A stretch of DNA of 64,000 nucleotides from an uncultured bacterium. GTDB lineage: Bacteria; Chloroflexota; UBA5177; JANWHV01. Made by a program: the position numbers and the translations under genes. The notes beneath the pieces are model-generated. The model saw only the letters and a list, made by a program, of their open reading frames with translations. It searched no databases and was not told the DNA's origin. Below, one piece after another: positions 1 through 9,639 of this stretch (its first letter is position 1; each line of letters opens with the position of its first letter). The stretch covers positions 832,001 to 896,000 of the forward strand of contig CAWHAE010000012.1 of assembly GCA_963827235.1 (NCBI GenBank), in the 5' to 3' direction.

Positions 1-597
1 GAACTCTCTGCCGACCCACACGTTGAGCAGAATGTAGCCGGCCCACCCTCCGGCGGCCAACAACGCCAGGAACACGCCCACCGGATCAATGGAAGCACCG
101 CCCCACGGCGTAAGCAGCGCGATGCCGGCTGCCGCCAGACCCGCCCATACGAGATCGATGCGCCTGCGCGAGCCGGCCACGGCAACACCCAGCGGTCCTA
201 TGAACTCCAGCGTGACAGCGATGCCCAGTGGCAAGCGGGCGATCGCCGCGTAAAACGCGGCATTCATGGCCGCGACGGTCAGGCCAAAGAGCACTACCGA
301 CGTGTAGGCAGATCGCGAATGACCGCGCAGTCTCGGCCGAACGAGGGCGAGCAGGAGGATGGCGGCGAACGTGATGCGAAGGAACACAGTGCCGCCGGCT
401 CCCAGCTCGTGGAACAAGCTCTTGGCCAGAGCGGCGCCCAGCTGAACCGAGAATATGGACATCATCACCATGCCGCCCGGCGGCATGGCGCGCGCGAGCA
501 CGCGCGGGCGCGCTCGAAGCCCTCGCACGGGCAGCAGTCTTGCGCGCGGAAGCACCTGCTCCTCTCTGCGTCCTGTCAATGCATGCGGCGAGATCAT
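1..597 (-). CDS. EamA/DMT-family transporter, RhtA-like (3' end outside window)
   Basis: Manual translation gives MSIFSVQLGAALAKSLFHELGAGGTVFLRITFAA...FYAAIARLPLGIAVTLEFIGPL, typical of RhtA-like exporters. Start is ATG 597 or GTG 555 (GAGGAG upstream). Not in the ORF track because the stop lies outside the window. Confidence 0.85.
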   Translation of the reverse strand, partial: MISPHALTGRREEQVLPRARLLPVRGLRARPRVLARAMPPGGMVMMSIFSVQLGAALAKSLFHELGAGGTVFLRITFAAILLLALVRPRLRGHSRSAYTSVVLFGLTVAAMNAAFYAAIARLPLGIAVTLEFIGPLGVAVAGSRRRIDLVWAGLAAAGIALLTPWGGASIDPVGVFLALLAAGGWAGYILLNVWVGREF

Positions 598-726
598 GGC
601 AAGCCCAAGCGAACCGACGGTTGCCCGAGCACCGTTTCGTCCCCGGCAATTCGCCACGATAGTGCCTGCTTCTGCCATTCCCTTACCTCGCCTGCACGCA
701 TTAGCACCGATACAGTCCCCCGCAGT

Positions 727-3414
727 CTACCGGTTCTGTGCCTGTCCGTCTCTTGCATCGGCGATCGCTTGCTCGAGTGGGAGCTTCTCTCCTTCCGCCC
801 AGAATCGCGCCTGCTCGTCCGGGCCGGGTGCGCCATCGCCCCGTGCTTCGAGGCAGGCCATCAGATCTCGGCGGAGGTCGCTCGCCCGCTGGAGGGCGGG
901 GTCCTGGAGGACCGCCACGGCTCCCGCCAGGCGAAAGGCACGATCGGCTCGACCACCGACGGCGGCGACACGTGCCAGGCCCTCAAGGGCTGCCAGCAGC
1001 ATCGGCCGGGAGCGCGTGGATTCTGCACGCGTCAGGCACTCAAGAAACGCAGATCGTGCGCGATCTGCCTGTCCCTGCCGCAGGCAGATATCGCCGAAGG
1101 CCTGCAGGCCCTGGAGCAACCACCATCCGTGGTAGTTGATCGATCGGTAGGTAGCCGCGCTCTCTTCGAGAAACGTCAACGCGCGATCGAGATCGCCCTG
1201 GGCGCGGGCTGCCATCGCGCATTGGGCCAGGCCGGCGGCAACACCGTACTGATCCCCCATGCCGCGGCTCTCGTCAGTGCTCACAGTGAAAGCGGCGAGC
1301 GCACCGGGAAAGTCCCGCTCCTGCAGCTTCACCATGCCGAGAATGAAGCTGCACATCCCCAGGGCAAAGCGGTCCATGTGCTCGGTGGCCAGTCGCAGGC
1401 CTTCTGTGGCTAGCAGCGCCGCGCGTTGCCGCTCGTCGTCCCGCCGCAAATCCATGGCCTTCGCCGCGTGCATGACCGCGCGCGCGATGGCCCTGTCATC
1501 TCCGACCTCCCGCATGAGCGCCAGCCCCTCCTCGACCGACGCCGCCTGCACGTTCACGTCGCCTCCGGTCATCGGGCGCTCGACCACACCCAGCAGGAGC
1601 AGCGCTTCGGCGAGCAGCTCGGTTCTGCCCAGGGCGCGTAGCGACTGCACCCCAAGCCTGATGAACTCCCGGGCCTGCCGTGCATCTTCGGAGAAATCCA
1701 GCAGCACTCCCAGCCCGACCCGGCACCAGGCCTGTTCTGCCGCCGTCCCGGCGCCACTTTCCAGCGCAAGGCGAAGCCAGTGCTCGCCCTCGGGCAGCCA
1801 GTGAAGCCGTCTCGGCCACACCCACCACACTGCCGAGACCAGGTGGACACCGAGACCCGCTTGAGCCTGCCCGCCTTCCTGTTCTCGCTCGGAGCCTGCC
1901 AGGCTCGTTCCCGTGCTTCCCAGGCTCCAGGTCATCACGGCGCGCAGGTTGTCCATCTCGGCGTCGAACACGCGAAGCCAGGTCGTCTCCTTAGGTCCGC
2001 ACCGGTTGGCGGCAGCCCGTTCTACAACCTCGAGGTAGTACGCGGCGTGGCAGCGCTGAACAGCTGAGCGATCGCCGTGCTCGCCCAGTCGTTCCCAGGC
2101 GTACTGCCTGAGCGTCTCCAGCAGGCGGTAGCGTACCTGCTCGCCCGTAGAATCGACCTGGACCAGCGAGGCATCGGCAAGCCGAGCCAGCAGATCGGCG
2201 AGCTGCCCGGATTCGATGGGGGGCGTGCCGCAAGTGCCTTCTGTGTCCTCCAGAGTAAACCAACCGGCGAACACCGCCAGCCGCAGCCACAGCACTCGCT
2301 CGCTCTGGGGCAGCATGACGTAGTCCCAGTCCACCATCGCGCGAAGCGTCCGGTGGTGAGTTGGCGCGCTCGTGCCGCTCGCCTGCAGCAGAACAAACCG
2401 CTTGTGCAGCCGGTCGGCAAGCACCTGTACTCCCAAGCTTGGCACTCGTGCCGCGGCCAGCTCGAGCGCGAGCGGCAGCCCGTCGAGCCAGGCGCAGATA
2501 CGGGCCACGGGCTCGGCGTTGGCCTCGGAGAGGACGAACTCGGGTTGCGCTGCCGCGGCGTGCTCCACGAAGAAGCGCACGGAATCGCACGCCGCCAGCT
2601 CTTCCGGCGGGGGAAGGGGGTCGAGCGACGGCAGTTCGAGAGGCGAGAGAGGGAAGCGGCGCTCACCGGGCGCGCCCAGCAGGTTGCGACTCGTGGCGAG
2701 GATCTGCAGGTAGGGACAGGCGCGCAGGAGGGCGACTGCCAGCTGCGCGCAGGCGTCTCGTAAATGCTCGCAGTTGTCGAGCACGAGCAATACCGTCCGC
2801 CCGCGAAGGGTGTCGACGAGCGTCTCAAGGAGACCGAGACCGCTGGGCTGAATAATGCCGAAAAGCTCGGCAGCGGCGTGAGGCACGAGGGCAGGATCTG
2901 GAAGAGCAGCAAGCTCGAGGAACCAGACACCGTCGTCGAAGCGGCTTTCCAAACTCGTCGCCACCTCCTGGGCGAGCCTGGTCTTGCCTACGCCCCCGGG
3001 CCCGGTGATCGTGAGCAGGCGTGCCCGCTGCAGGAGGTCGGCCACTCGATCCACGGTCGGTCTGCCGATGAACTCGTTGAGAGCCAGCGGTGGCTTCTGC
3101 CGCAAGGTAGGGCGACGGAGCCGTGTCTCCAAGCTCTGAAGGTACTCGGTGCCGCCGGACAGCGCTTCGTTCGGCCGGCGCGGTGCCGAGTCGGCAGCCG
3201 TCAGCAACGTCTCACGCTCCGCCCCGGTAAGGCCAAGAGCGGCTGCCAGCCGGCGCGCCGTTTCTCGGTACGGCCGGTGGGCACCATGCTCGAGAGCGCG
3301 GACAGTCCGTTTGCTGATCCCTGCTCTCGCGGCCAGCATCTCCTGCGTCATCGAGGCTGCCAGGCGGTGACTCCTCAGCAGAATCCCGAAGGAATCAGCA
3401 ACGTTCGCACTCAT
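727..3414 (-). CDS. XRE-HTH + STAND/NB-ARC ATPase + TPR transcriptional regulator
   Basis: N-terminal HTH (LRSHRLAASMTQEMLA), Walker A GPGGVGKT, Walker B LLVLDNCEH, GLPLALEL and TPR-like helices. ATG 3414 follows GGGAG. Confidence 0.9.
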   Translation of the reverse strand: MSANVADSFGILLRSHRLAASMTQEMLAARAGISKRTVRALEHGAHRPYRETARRLAAALGLTGAERETLLTAADSAPRRPNEALSGGTEYLQSLETRLRRPTLRQKPPLALNEFIGRPTVDRVADLLQRARLLTITGPGGVGKTRLAQEVATSLESRFDDGVWFLELAALPDPALVPHAAAELFGIIQPSGLGLLETLVDTLRGRTVLLVLDNCEHLRDACAQLAVALLRACPYLQILATSRNLLGAPGERRFPLSPLELPSLDPLPPPEELAACDSVRFFVEHAAAAQPEFVLSEANAEPVARICAWLDGLPLALELAAARVPSLGVQVLADRLHKRFVLLQASGTSAPTHHRTLRAMVDWDYVMLPQSERVLWLRLAVFAGWFTLEDTEGTCGTPPIESGQLADLLARLADASLVQVDSTGEQVRYRLLETLRQYAWERLGEHGDRSAVQRCHAAYYLEVVERAAANRCGPKETTWLRVFDAEMDNLRAVMTWSLGSTGTSLAGSEREQEGGQAQAGLGVHLVSAVWWVWPRRLHWLPEGEHWLRLALESGAGTAAEQAWCRVGLGVLLDFSEDARQAREFIRLGVQSLRALGRTELLAEALLLLGVVERPMTGGDVNVQAASVEEGLALMREVGDDRAIARAVMHAAKAMDLRRDDERQRAALLATEGLRLATEHMDRFALGMCSFILGMVKLQERDFPGALAAFTVSTDESRGMGDQYGVAAGLAQCAMAARAQGDLDRALTFLEESAATYRSINYHGWWLLQGLQAFGDICLRQGQADRARSAFLECLTRAESTRSRPMLLAALEGLARVAAVGGRADRAFRLAGAVAVLQDPALQRASDLRRDLMACLEARGDGAPGPDEQARFWAEGEKLPLEQAIADARDGQAQNR

Positions 3415-3848
3415 ACCGCTCCCTACACCACGCAAGCACCGACCGGCATCGTGCCGTTGAGTCTGGCGTCTGTCATCGAGCAGGACCCGCCAGGACCGCG
3501 TTCGCACTGCCTGATCACGCGTGTCGCCGGCCGGGTCGCTCATTCGCACTGCTCAGTAATTCTATCCGCATGCAACGCCTGCCGGCGCGGACCGCTGGCG
3601 CCCGACCTGCTGCCGGCGCCAGTCAAGTCTGCCGCTAACTTTGCCCCTTGATCTGCCTCTCTGCTATGTCGCCTCATCCGTCGCGTGCCGACAACTAGAG
3701 TGGCAGCCGGCGATTCGGTTGCCAGGCTCGATGTACCTGCCGTACGGAGCTGGTGACACGGCGGCGACGGCGGCTGGATATTGGCCACGGTGCCGACGTT
3801 CATTCGAGGCAGGTGTCGCGTACCGGCCTCGATGGAAACGGGTAACCT

Positions 3849-5636
3849 ATGCGCTTTGCCTTGCACGTGTTCCGGTCGCCGCGGCTAATCCTGCAGATTC
3901 TGCTCTTGATGGCGCTCGCCGCCTTGATCGGCGGCGCCGGGCTGAGCGGTCTGACCGAGGCGCGTTCCACGCTGCACGACATCTCTTCCACGCAGCTTCC
4001 CGGGCTGGTGCATCTGCTTGACGCCGAACGCGAGATAACCCAGGCCGACAGCTACGGCTATCAAGCCTTGCTGTACGCCGACCCGGCTAAGCCCAACGTG
4101 CCGGCACAGATACCGCAGATCATGTCCCTGGTACGGCAATCCTGGCAGAACTATCAGGAGTTCAAGGCATCCGGACCCCATCCGGCAGCTCAAGCCGCGC
4201 TGGAGGCGCGTGTCGACTCCGACTTCTCGGTGTTGTTGCTGGCGGCAGGTCTCATGGAGCCACTTGGGCGAGCGCGGCTCAGCAGCGCCACCGGCAGCCG
4301 GCTTCTGCAGCGAGCCGACGCCCAGATCATCGCGCCGCTGCAAGAGGCGCTGACCCAGCTTGCCCGGCGCGACGAAGCTGACGTGACGGCCGGGGGTGCT
4401 GCCTCGGCGAATTCCGTCGCCACCTCTGCCGCTCTGTTGGCGGGCGTGATCCTGGCTACACTCGCCATGGCATGCATCTTCCAGATCGCAATCGACGTGC
4501 ATGGGCACCGCCGTCGCGTGCTGGCGCAGCAGAGTGCCGACCTGGTGCTCATCCTGAACGGCCAGGGTATCCTTCGCTACGTAGGCGATCCGATTCAGCG
4601 CGTGCTTGGCTATGTGCCCGCAGCCGAAGTAGGACGGTCGATCCTTGAGTTCCTGCATCCGGACGACGTCGCCACGGCCGCGGCGAACCTGCGGCAGCTT
4701 GCCCAGTCGCCGGACGGAACTCGGCATGACACGCTCCGTGTCCGCCACGCCGATGGCTCCACGCGCTGGTTGGACGTGGTAGCCATGAGCCGCGTGCGGG
4801 ACCCCCTCCTGCGTGGCATCGTGATCACGGCGCGCGACATCACCGAGCGGCAGGAGGCCGAGCACGCCCTGGCCTTCCAAGCCCAGCATGACCCGCTAAC
4901 CGGCTTGCCCAACCGGCTCTTGCTCGGCCAGGGGCTGGAGCAGGCGGTGACGGCAGCAGACGGTGGGCGAGCCGCCCTCCTGCTGCTGGACCTGGACCGC
5001 TTCAAAGAGATCAACGATACGCTCGGGCACGGTGTGGGCGACGCGGTGTTGCAGCAGGTGGCCCAGCGCCTGCAGGCCAGGGTGCGGGAAGGGGACCTGG
5101 TGGCGCGCCTGGGCGGCGATGAGTTCGCCATCGTGCTGCCCGGCGTGGGGGAGGAGGCGGTCCAGGGCCTAGCAGGACGCCTGTACGCGGCCCTGGAAGC
5201 GCCGATCGGGGTCGGCGGCCACGCCGTGGATATCGACGCCAGCATCGGCATCGCCCTCTTCCCCGCGCACGGCGAGGATGCCGAGTCGCTGCTCCAGCAT
5301 GCCGACGTGGCCATGTATGAAGCAAAGCGCCTGCACCAGGCAGCCGTCGTGTACAGCGCCGCCTTCGACCAGAACAGCCGGGACCGCCTGGAGCTGCTGG
5401 CGGAGCTACGGCAGGCGCGCAAGGAAGGCCAACTCCTGCTGCACTACCAGCCCAAAGTCGACCTGGCGAGCGGGGCCTTGTGCGGAGAGTACTGGCCTTC
5501 GCCTCGTGAAGTCCCTATGATGAAGCAGAAGCGAGCGCAGGGACCGCGTGGATCGGTCGGCGCGCGCCCAAGGGTGACCGGCCGCGGTGAGGCGATCTCG
5601 CCCCGGCGCACCACGGGGCCGGGCCTGCACGCATAG
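3849..5636 (+). CDS. Membrane diguanylate cyclase (2 TM, helical sensor, PAS, GGDEF) with truncated EAL domain
   Basis: HDPLTGLPNR, DLDRFKEINDTLGH and RLGGDEF are intact. The EAL domain begins (LHYQPKVDL) and then homology stops near 5487. Confidence 0.85.
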   Translation: MRFALHVFRSPRLILQILLLMALAALIGGAGLSGLTEARSTLHDISSTQLPGLVHLLDAEREITQADSYGYQALLYADPAKPNVPAQIPQIMSLVRQSWQNYQEFKASGPHPAAQAALEARVDSDFSVLLLAAGLMEPLGRARLSSATGSRLLQRADAQIIAPLQEALTQLARRDEADVTAGGAASANSVATSAALLAGVILATLAMACIFQIAIDVHGHRRRVLAQQSADLVLILNGQGILRYVGDPIQRVLGYVPAAEVGRSILEFLHPDDVATAAANLRQLAQSPDGTRHDTLRVRHADGSTRWLDVVAMSRVRDPLLRGIVITARDITERQEAEHALAFQAQHDPLTGLPNRLLLGQGLEQAVTAADGGRAALLLLDLDRFKEINDTLGHGVGDAVLQQVAQRLQARVREGDLVARLGGDEFAIVLPGVGEEAVQGLAGRLYAALEAPIGVGGHAVDIDASIGIALFPAHGEDAESLLQHADVAMYEAKRLHQAAVVYSAAFDQNSRDRLELLAELRQARKEGQLLLHYQPKVDLASGALCGEYWPSPREVPMMKQKRAQGPRGSVGARPRVTGRGEAISPRRTTGPGLHA

Positions 5637-5654
5637 TAGGAGGAGTACAATCCG

Positions 5655-6170
5655 ATGAATGCAGCCGTACAAGCAGCTCTCAACCGGCAAATCAAGCACG
5701 AGCTGGCGTCGGCCTATTTCTACCTGTCCGCCTCCGGATATTGCGAGTCGATCAGCCTGGTCGGATTCGCTCAGTGGCTGCGCCAGCAGAGCCAGGAGGA
5801 GCTCGGCCACGCCATGCGCATCTTCGACTTCATGAACGACCGCGGCAGCCGGGCCGAGCTGCAGGCGCTGGACCAACCGGGGCGCGACTTCACCTCGGCT
5901 CTCGACGCCTTCACCCAGGCTCTGCAGCACGAGAGAGCCGTCACGGCATCCATCAACGAGATCTACGCGCTGGCTATCCGCGAACAGGACTTCGCGGCGC
6001 AGATGCTGCTGCAGTGGTTCGTGACGGAGCAGGTCGAAGAGGAGAAGAACGTCGGCCAGATCGTGGAAGAGCTGAAGATGGTGGGCGACAATACAAGCGC
6101 CTTGCTCATGCTGCAGCGCGAGCTGGGCTCGCGGAGATCCGCCGCGCCGGCGCCCGCGCCGGCGGGCTGA
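5655..6170 (+). CDS. ftnA: Ferritin (non-heme)
   Basis: HELASAYFY, EELGHAM, HERAVT and LQWFVTEQVEEE ferroxidase motifs; RBS AGGAGG. Confidence 0.93.
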   Translation: MNAAVQAALNRQIKHELASAYFYLSASGYCESISLVGFAQWLRQQSQEELGHAMRIFDFMNDRGSRAELQALDQPGRDFTSALDAFTQALQHERAVTASINEIYALAIREQDFAAQMLLQWFVTEQVEEEKNVGQIVEELKMVGDNTSALLMLQRELGSRRSAAPAPAPAG

Positions 6171-6205
6171 ATCGCGGCGGCGACACGGGGCGTGACTCAC
6201 ATGGT

Positions 6206-6415
6206 CGATCTCAGCGCGTCGCTTGGTCCGGCGCGAGCGCACCGCGAGCCGGCAACGCGCTGAGATCGGGCCCTTACCCGCACGGTGGCCCGGCGAACAG
6301 GGGCAGTCGACAACGCACGGGACCGGCCTGTTCGCCGGGCGCAGCGGTACGATTGGTCCCCAATCCTCAGCGCGACGGCGGTCGGCCGGGAGAGTTCTGC
6401 CCGCCGGAGCCGACC
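6206..6415. repeat. Three tandem inverted repeats (two perfect 14-bp stems)
   Basis: 6206-6219 pairs with 6255-6268; 6288-6301 pairs with 6327-6340; ggtcggc (~6380) pairs with gccgacc (6409-6415). Confidence 0.75.
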
Positions 6416-6426
6416 TCAGTCGCGAG

Positions 6427-6744
6427 TCAGGGCGAGCTTTCTTCCGAGCGCGCCGCGACCCGTTGGAACCCGTTTTTGGCCACGCCCAGCCCGTGCGCGA
6501 TGTCGTCACGCATGACGCGTGGCATGATCGCCAAGCGCGCAGAGTTGAAATGTACTTCCGCCACTTCATTCCAGTTGTCGGAGTACCAGAGCGGCGGAGA
6601 GGCTACGCCGCCAATTCGTTTCGCAAAAAGACGGCACAGCGCACCCGCCTTCAGGCCGTCGTAGCCGAGCGGAAGTTGCGTCCAATGCCGTTCCAGTGTA
6701 CCGAGAGGGAGGTATGCCACGGGACGCCGGCGCCGTGCTTCCAC
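6427..6744 (-). pseudogene. Creatininase-family amidohydrolase, N-terminal fragment
   Basis: PVAYLPLGTLERHWTQLPLGYDG matches the creatininase G-x-x-E-x-H-G-x-H-L-P-x-G-T-D motif with substitutions; only about 105 aa remain. Confidence 0.7.
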
Positions 6745-6756
6745 GGTCCCCTTGGG

Positions 6757-6915
6757 GCGTCAGACGCTCTGCTGACGCGTACCATTACCGGCAAGATGAA
6801 CGACGTCTTCACCTGCGGCTCACTCGGATCGCTCAAGGTCGAGGCAGGCGGCGCCATCACTGCCGGACCGCCGACCATCTTCACCAACAAGAACTTCGAC
6901 CTGTATACATTCTGA
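6757..6915 (+). pseudogene. C-terminal remnant of an RhaS/LsrB-like sugar ABC substrate-binding protein
   Basis: TITGKMNDVFTCGSLGSLKVEAGGAITAGPPTIFTNKNFDLYTF* resembles the RhaS C-terminus (ITGxxGxxFxAGxLG...GPPxxFxxxNIDxFxF); no N-terminal part is present. Confidence 0.65.
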
Positions 6916-7266
6916 CCGGCTAGCATCTGCAGGCTGTGCCCACGGGACGGCAGCAGTATCGGCAAGGCGCATCGTGAACCGGTGCGACCGCTGCGGATTG
7001 GGCAATCCTGACGTGGAGGGAGACGATCTGAGAGACGCGGCAAGTGCCGCGACCCATGGATTGTCTCCCATCCTTGTCCACCGGCCGTCAATCGGCCATG
7101 CTTGGTAGTGCAGCCGGAAGGCACCAAGGGCCGGGAAGTCCCGACACGTCAGACCGGGAGCCGCACGAAACCGCCACCACGGGAGAAAGGTCGGGTCCCG
7201 CCCGGCGCGAACGATATCGGAGCTACCGGAAGCACCACGATGGTGCGAGAAGGAGAACCGCGGAAC

Positions 7267-7485
7267 ATGGAAGGCTATGTCGACTATCAGCGGCAAGAGT
7301 TCTGTAAGGATCTACCATGCCCGGTACAGGTACCCCTGGACGCGGCGGCGCCGGATTCGCAGGAATATGCACGCGTCCGCGGCATCTGCCAGGATAACTC
7401 CATACACACGACGTACGAGTTCCACCATTGGCTGATTGGAATGGGCTCCCTGATCATCCGGCCCGCATCGTCGTCGCGTGAATAA
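7267..7485 (+). CDS. Small Cys/His-rich hypothetical protein (72 aa)
   Basis: AGGAG upstream of ATG 7267; FCKDLPCP...IC...HTTYEFHHWL; directly upstream of the aldolase/SDR gene. Confidence 0.65.
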   Translation: MEGYVDYQRQEFCKDLPCPVQVPLDAAAPDSQEYARVRGICQDNSIHTTYEFHHWLIGMGSLIIRPASSSRE

Positions 7486-7500
7486 GTGCGGAGGGTGACC

Positions 7501-9432
7501 ATGAGGGATCGATGGGATGATGCGGCGGAAGCCAGCCGCGGTGGAGAGCTCGCAGCGCTGGCCTATGCCGTACACCTGCTGGGACAGGACCATGCGCTGG
7601 CGCCGTATGACGGCAGCGGCGCTTCCGTCAAGCTGAACGTGACCAGCCTGTTCGGCGAGGAGGAGGAGCTCCTCTACATGAGCCCCAGGACGTACCTGCC
7701 GGAGTCTCTTGAAGCCGCGGAGCTCGTGCCGCTACGTTGCCGGTCGCTGGCACGCCTGGCAACCCTGCAGCGAGCTACGCCCGCGGAGATGGAGAACGAG
7801 GTGGCGTGCTGCAGAACGCTGACCACGTCGGCGATTCCTCCCATCGATGCCATAGTGCACGCGGCGCTGCCTCGTCGCTGCGTGCTCGCCACGCACCCGG
7901 ATGCCATGCTGGCCATAGGCTGTACCCCGCACGGTCCGGAACGCTTGAGCGAGCTCTTCCAGGGCCGACTGCTGGTATTGCCTTACGTGCCCGCCGGTCC
8001 GGCGACTGCCAACAGTTGTGTCGAGGCTCTGAAGGCGGCAGCCGCGATCGACTTGGCCGGGATCATCGTCCTGCACCAGACACTGCTGACGTTTGGCGAC
8101 ATCGCGCGCGATGCCTACAAGGGCGTGGTCGACGTGGTGACCCGCGCCGAGCAGTACCTCGTCGCGCGGCATGCCTGGGAGCTGCCGGCCGCCCCGGCGG
8201 TCCAGGCACGCGGCACGAGCAGCTCGGAGCTTGCCCTGCTTCGCCGGACTGTATCCGCGGCGGCGGGCAGTCCGTTGATCCTGCGGGCACAGGCCGACCA
8301 AGCAAGTCTCAGCTTCTGCCGCCGCGACGACGTCGCCGCCCTGAGCCAGGCAGGTCCGCCGGTAGCAGGGCAGGTCAGGCTGGCCGGACGGGTGCCGATG
8401 CTTGGGCGAGACGTCGCAGCATACCACGCACCGGGTGAGTCGTCCCAGGCTGTTGCGCCGAGGATCGTGCTGGACCCCGAGCTTGGCGTCTGCGCGCTCG
8501 GCAGGACCGCCGACGAGGCGGTTCTGGCCGGCGAGCAATACGGGCATGCCATTGGCATCGTCCTGCGGGCGAACGCGCTGGAAGCATTTCAGGCCTTGCC
8601 TCCGCGCGCGGCCCGCGAAGCAGAGGAGGCCGCCCGATTGATTTCCCCGGCCACCTGCCTGAGTGAAGACACGCTCTTCGCCGGTGAGGTCGCGCTGGTC
8701 ACCGGAGGCGCATCCGGTATCGGCAAGGCCTGCGTAGAGGCGTTGCTGGCCCGTGGTGCGGCGGTGGTGAATCTGGACATCAACCAGTCTGTCGAGGCCC
8801 AGTTCAATCGGCCGGACTACCTTGGCCTGCAGTGCGACCTTACCAGTGAGGCGACGATTATGCGCTCGTTCGAGACGCTCGCTCGATGCTACGGTGGGCT
8901 GGACATGCTCATCCTGAACGCCGGCATCTTTCCCAACAGCTGCAGAATCGAGTCTCTGACCCTCGAGCACTGGCAGGCCGTCATGCGCGTCAATCTGGAT
9001 GCAAACATGCTGGTCATGCGCGAAGCTTACGCACTGCTCAAGCACTCTCCCCGCGGTGGGCGGGTGGTGGTAAACGCCTCCAAGAACGTGCTCGCCCCGG
9101 GGGCCGGAGCGGCGGCGTATTCCGCCTCGAAAGCGGCGGTAACGCAGCTGGCGCGCGTGGCGGCGCTGGAATGGGGCAAAGACCGCATTCGCATCAACCA
9201 GGTCCATCCCGACGCCATATTCGACACCGGGATCTGGTCGGAAGACGTGCTGAAAGCGCGCGCAGCCCACTACGGGATGACCGTGCAACAGTACAAGACG
9301 AGGAACGTGCTCGGCGTGGAGCTGAACAGCCATGTGGTCGGCGAGCTCGTGGCTGAGATGCTTGGTCCTCGCTTCGAGAAGATCACCGGGGCGCAGATCC
9401 CGGTGGATGGAGGCAGCGACCGCGTGATCTAG
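7501..9432 (+). CDS. Bifunctional class II aldolase / short-chain dehydrogenase (rhamnulose-1-P aldolase/SDR family), aldolase half degenerate
   Basis: C-terminal SDR has TGGASGIG, NAG, YSASK and RINQVHPDA. The N-terminal aldolase fold has altered motifs. GGAGG upstream of ATG 7501. Confidence 0.88.
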   Translation: MRDRWDDAAEASRGGELAALAYAVHLLGQDHALAPYDGSGASVKLNVTSLFGEEEELLYMSPRTYLPESLEAAELVPLRCRSLARLATLQRATPAEMENEVACCRTLTTSAIPPIDAIVHAALPRRCVLATHPDAMLAIGCTPHGPERLSELFQGRLLVLPYVPAGPATANSCVEALKAAAAIDLAGIIVLHQTLLTFGDIARDAYKGVVDVVTRAEQYLVARHAWELPAAPAVQARGTSSSELALLRRTVSAAAGSPLILRAQADQASLSFCRRDDVAALSQAGPPVAGQVRLAGRVPMLGRDVAAYHAPGESSQAVAPRIVLDPELGVCALGRTADEAVLAGEQYGHAIGIVLRANALEAFQALPPRAAREAEEAARLISPATCLSEDTLFAGEVALVTGGASGIGKACVEALLARGAAVVNLDINQSVEAQFNRPDYLGLQCDLTSEATIMRSFETLARCYGGLDMLILNAGIFPNSCRIESLTLEHWQAVMRVNLDANMLVMREAYALLKHSPRGGRVVVNASKNVLAPGAGAAAYSASKAAVTQLARVAALEWGKDRIRINQVHPDAIFDTGIWSEDVLKARAAHYGMTVQQYKTRNVLGVELNSHVVGELVAEMLGPRFEKITGAQIPVDGGSDRVI

Positions 9433-9572
9433 AACGGCTATTGCTCACTCGGGTGTGCTGCCTCGGTATCCATCCGCCTCTCCGGCCGCGCCGGCGGAGC
9501 AGCGACCGCGGGGTTGCGGTGGACCCGTGCGGGCAAGAGAGGGTGGAGATCCGTGCGGATCCCGGTGGGCGC

Positions 9573-9627
9573 TTGACAGGGGCGCCGGTACTGGCCTAGA
9601 ATTCCTGTAAACACAAGTAGACAAGTT
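9573..9627 (+). promoter_or_regulatory. Sigma70-type promoter and probable autoregulatory operator of the GntR gene
   Basis: TTGACA (9573-9578), 18 nt, TAGAAT (9597-9602), followed by GTAAACA and GTAGACA, resembling HutC-subfamily operators. Confidence 0.65.
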
Positions 9628-9639
9628 ACCCCGAGCGCC

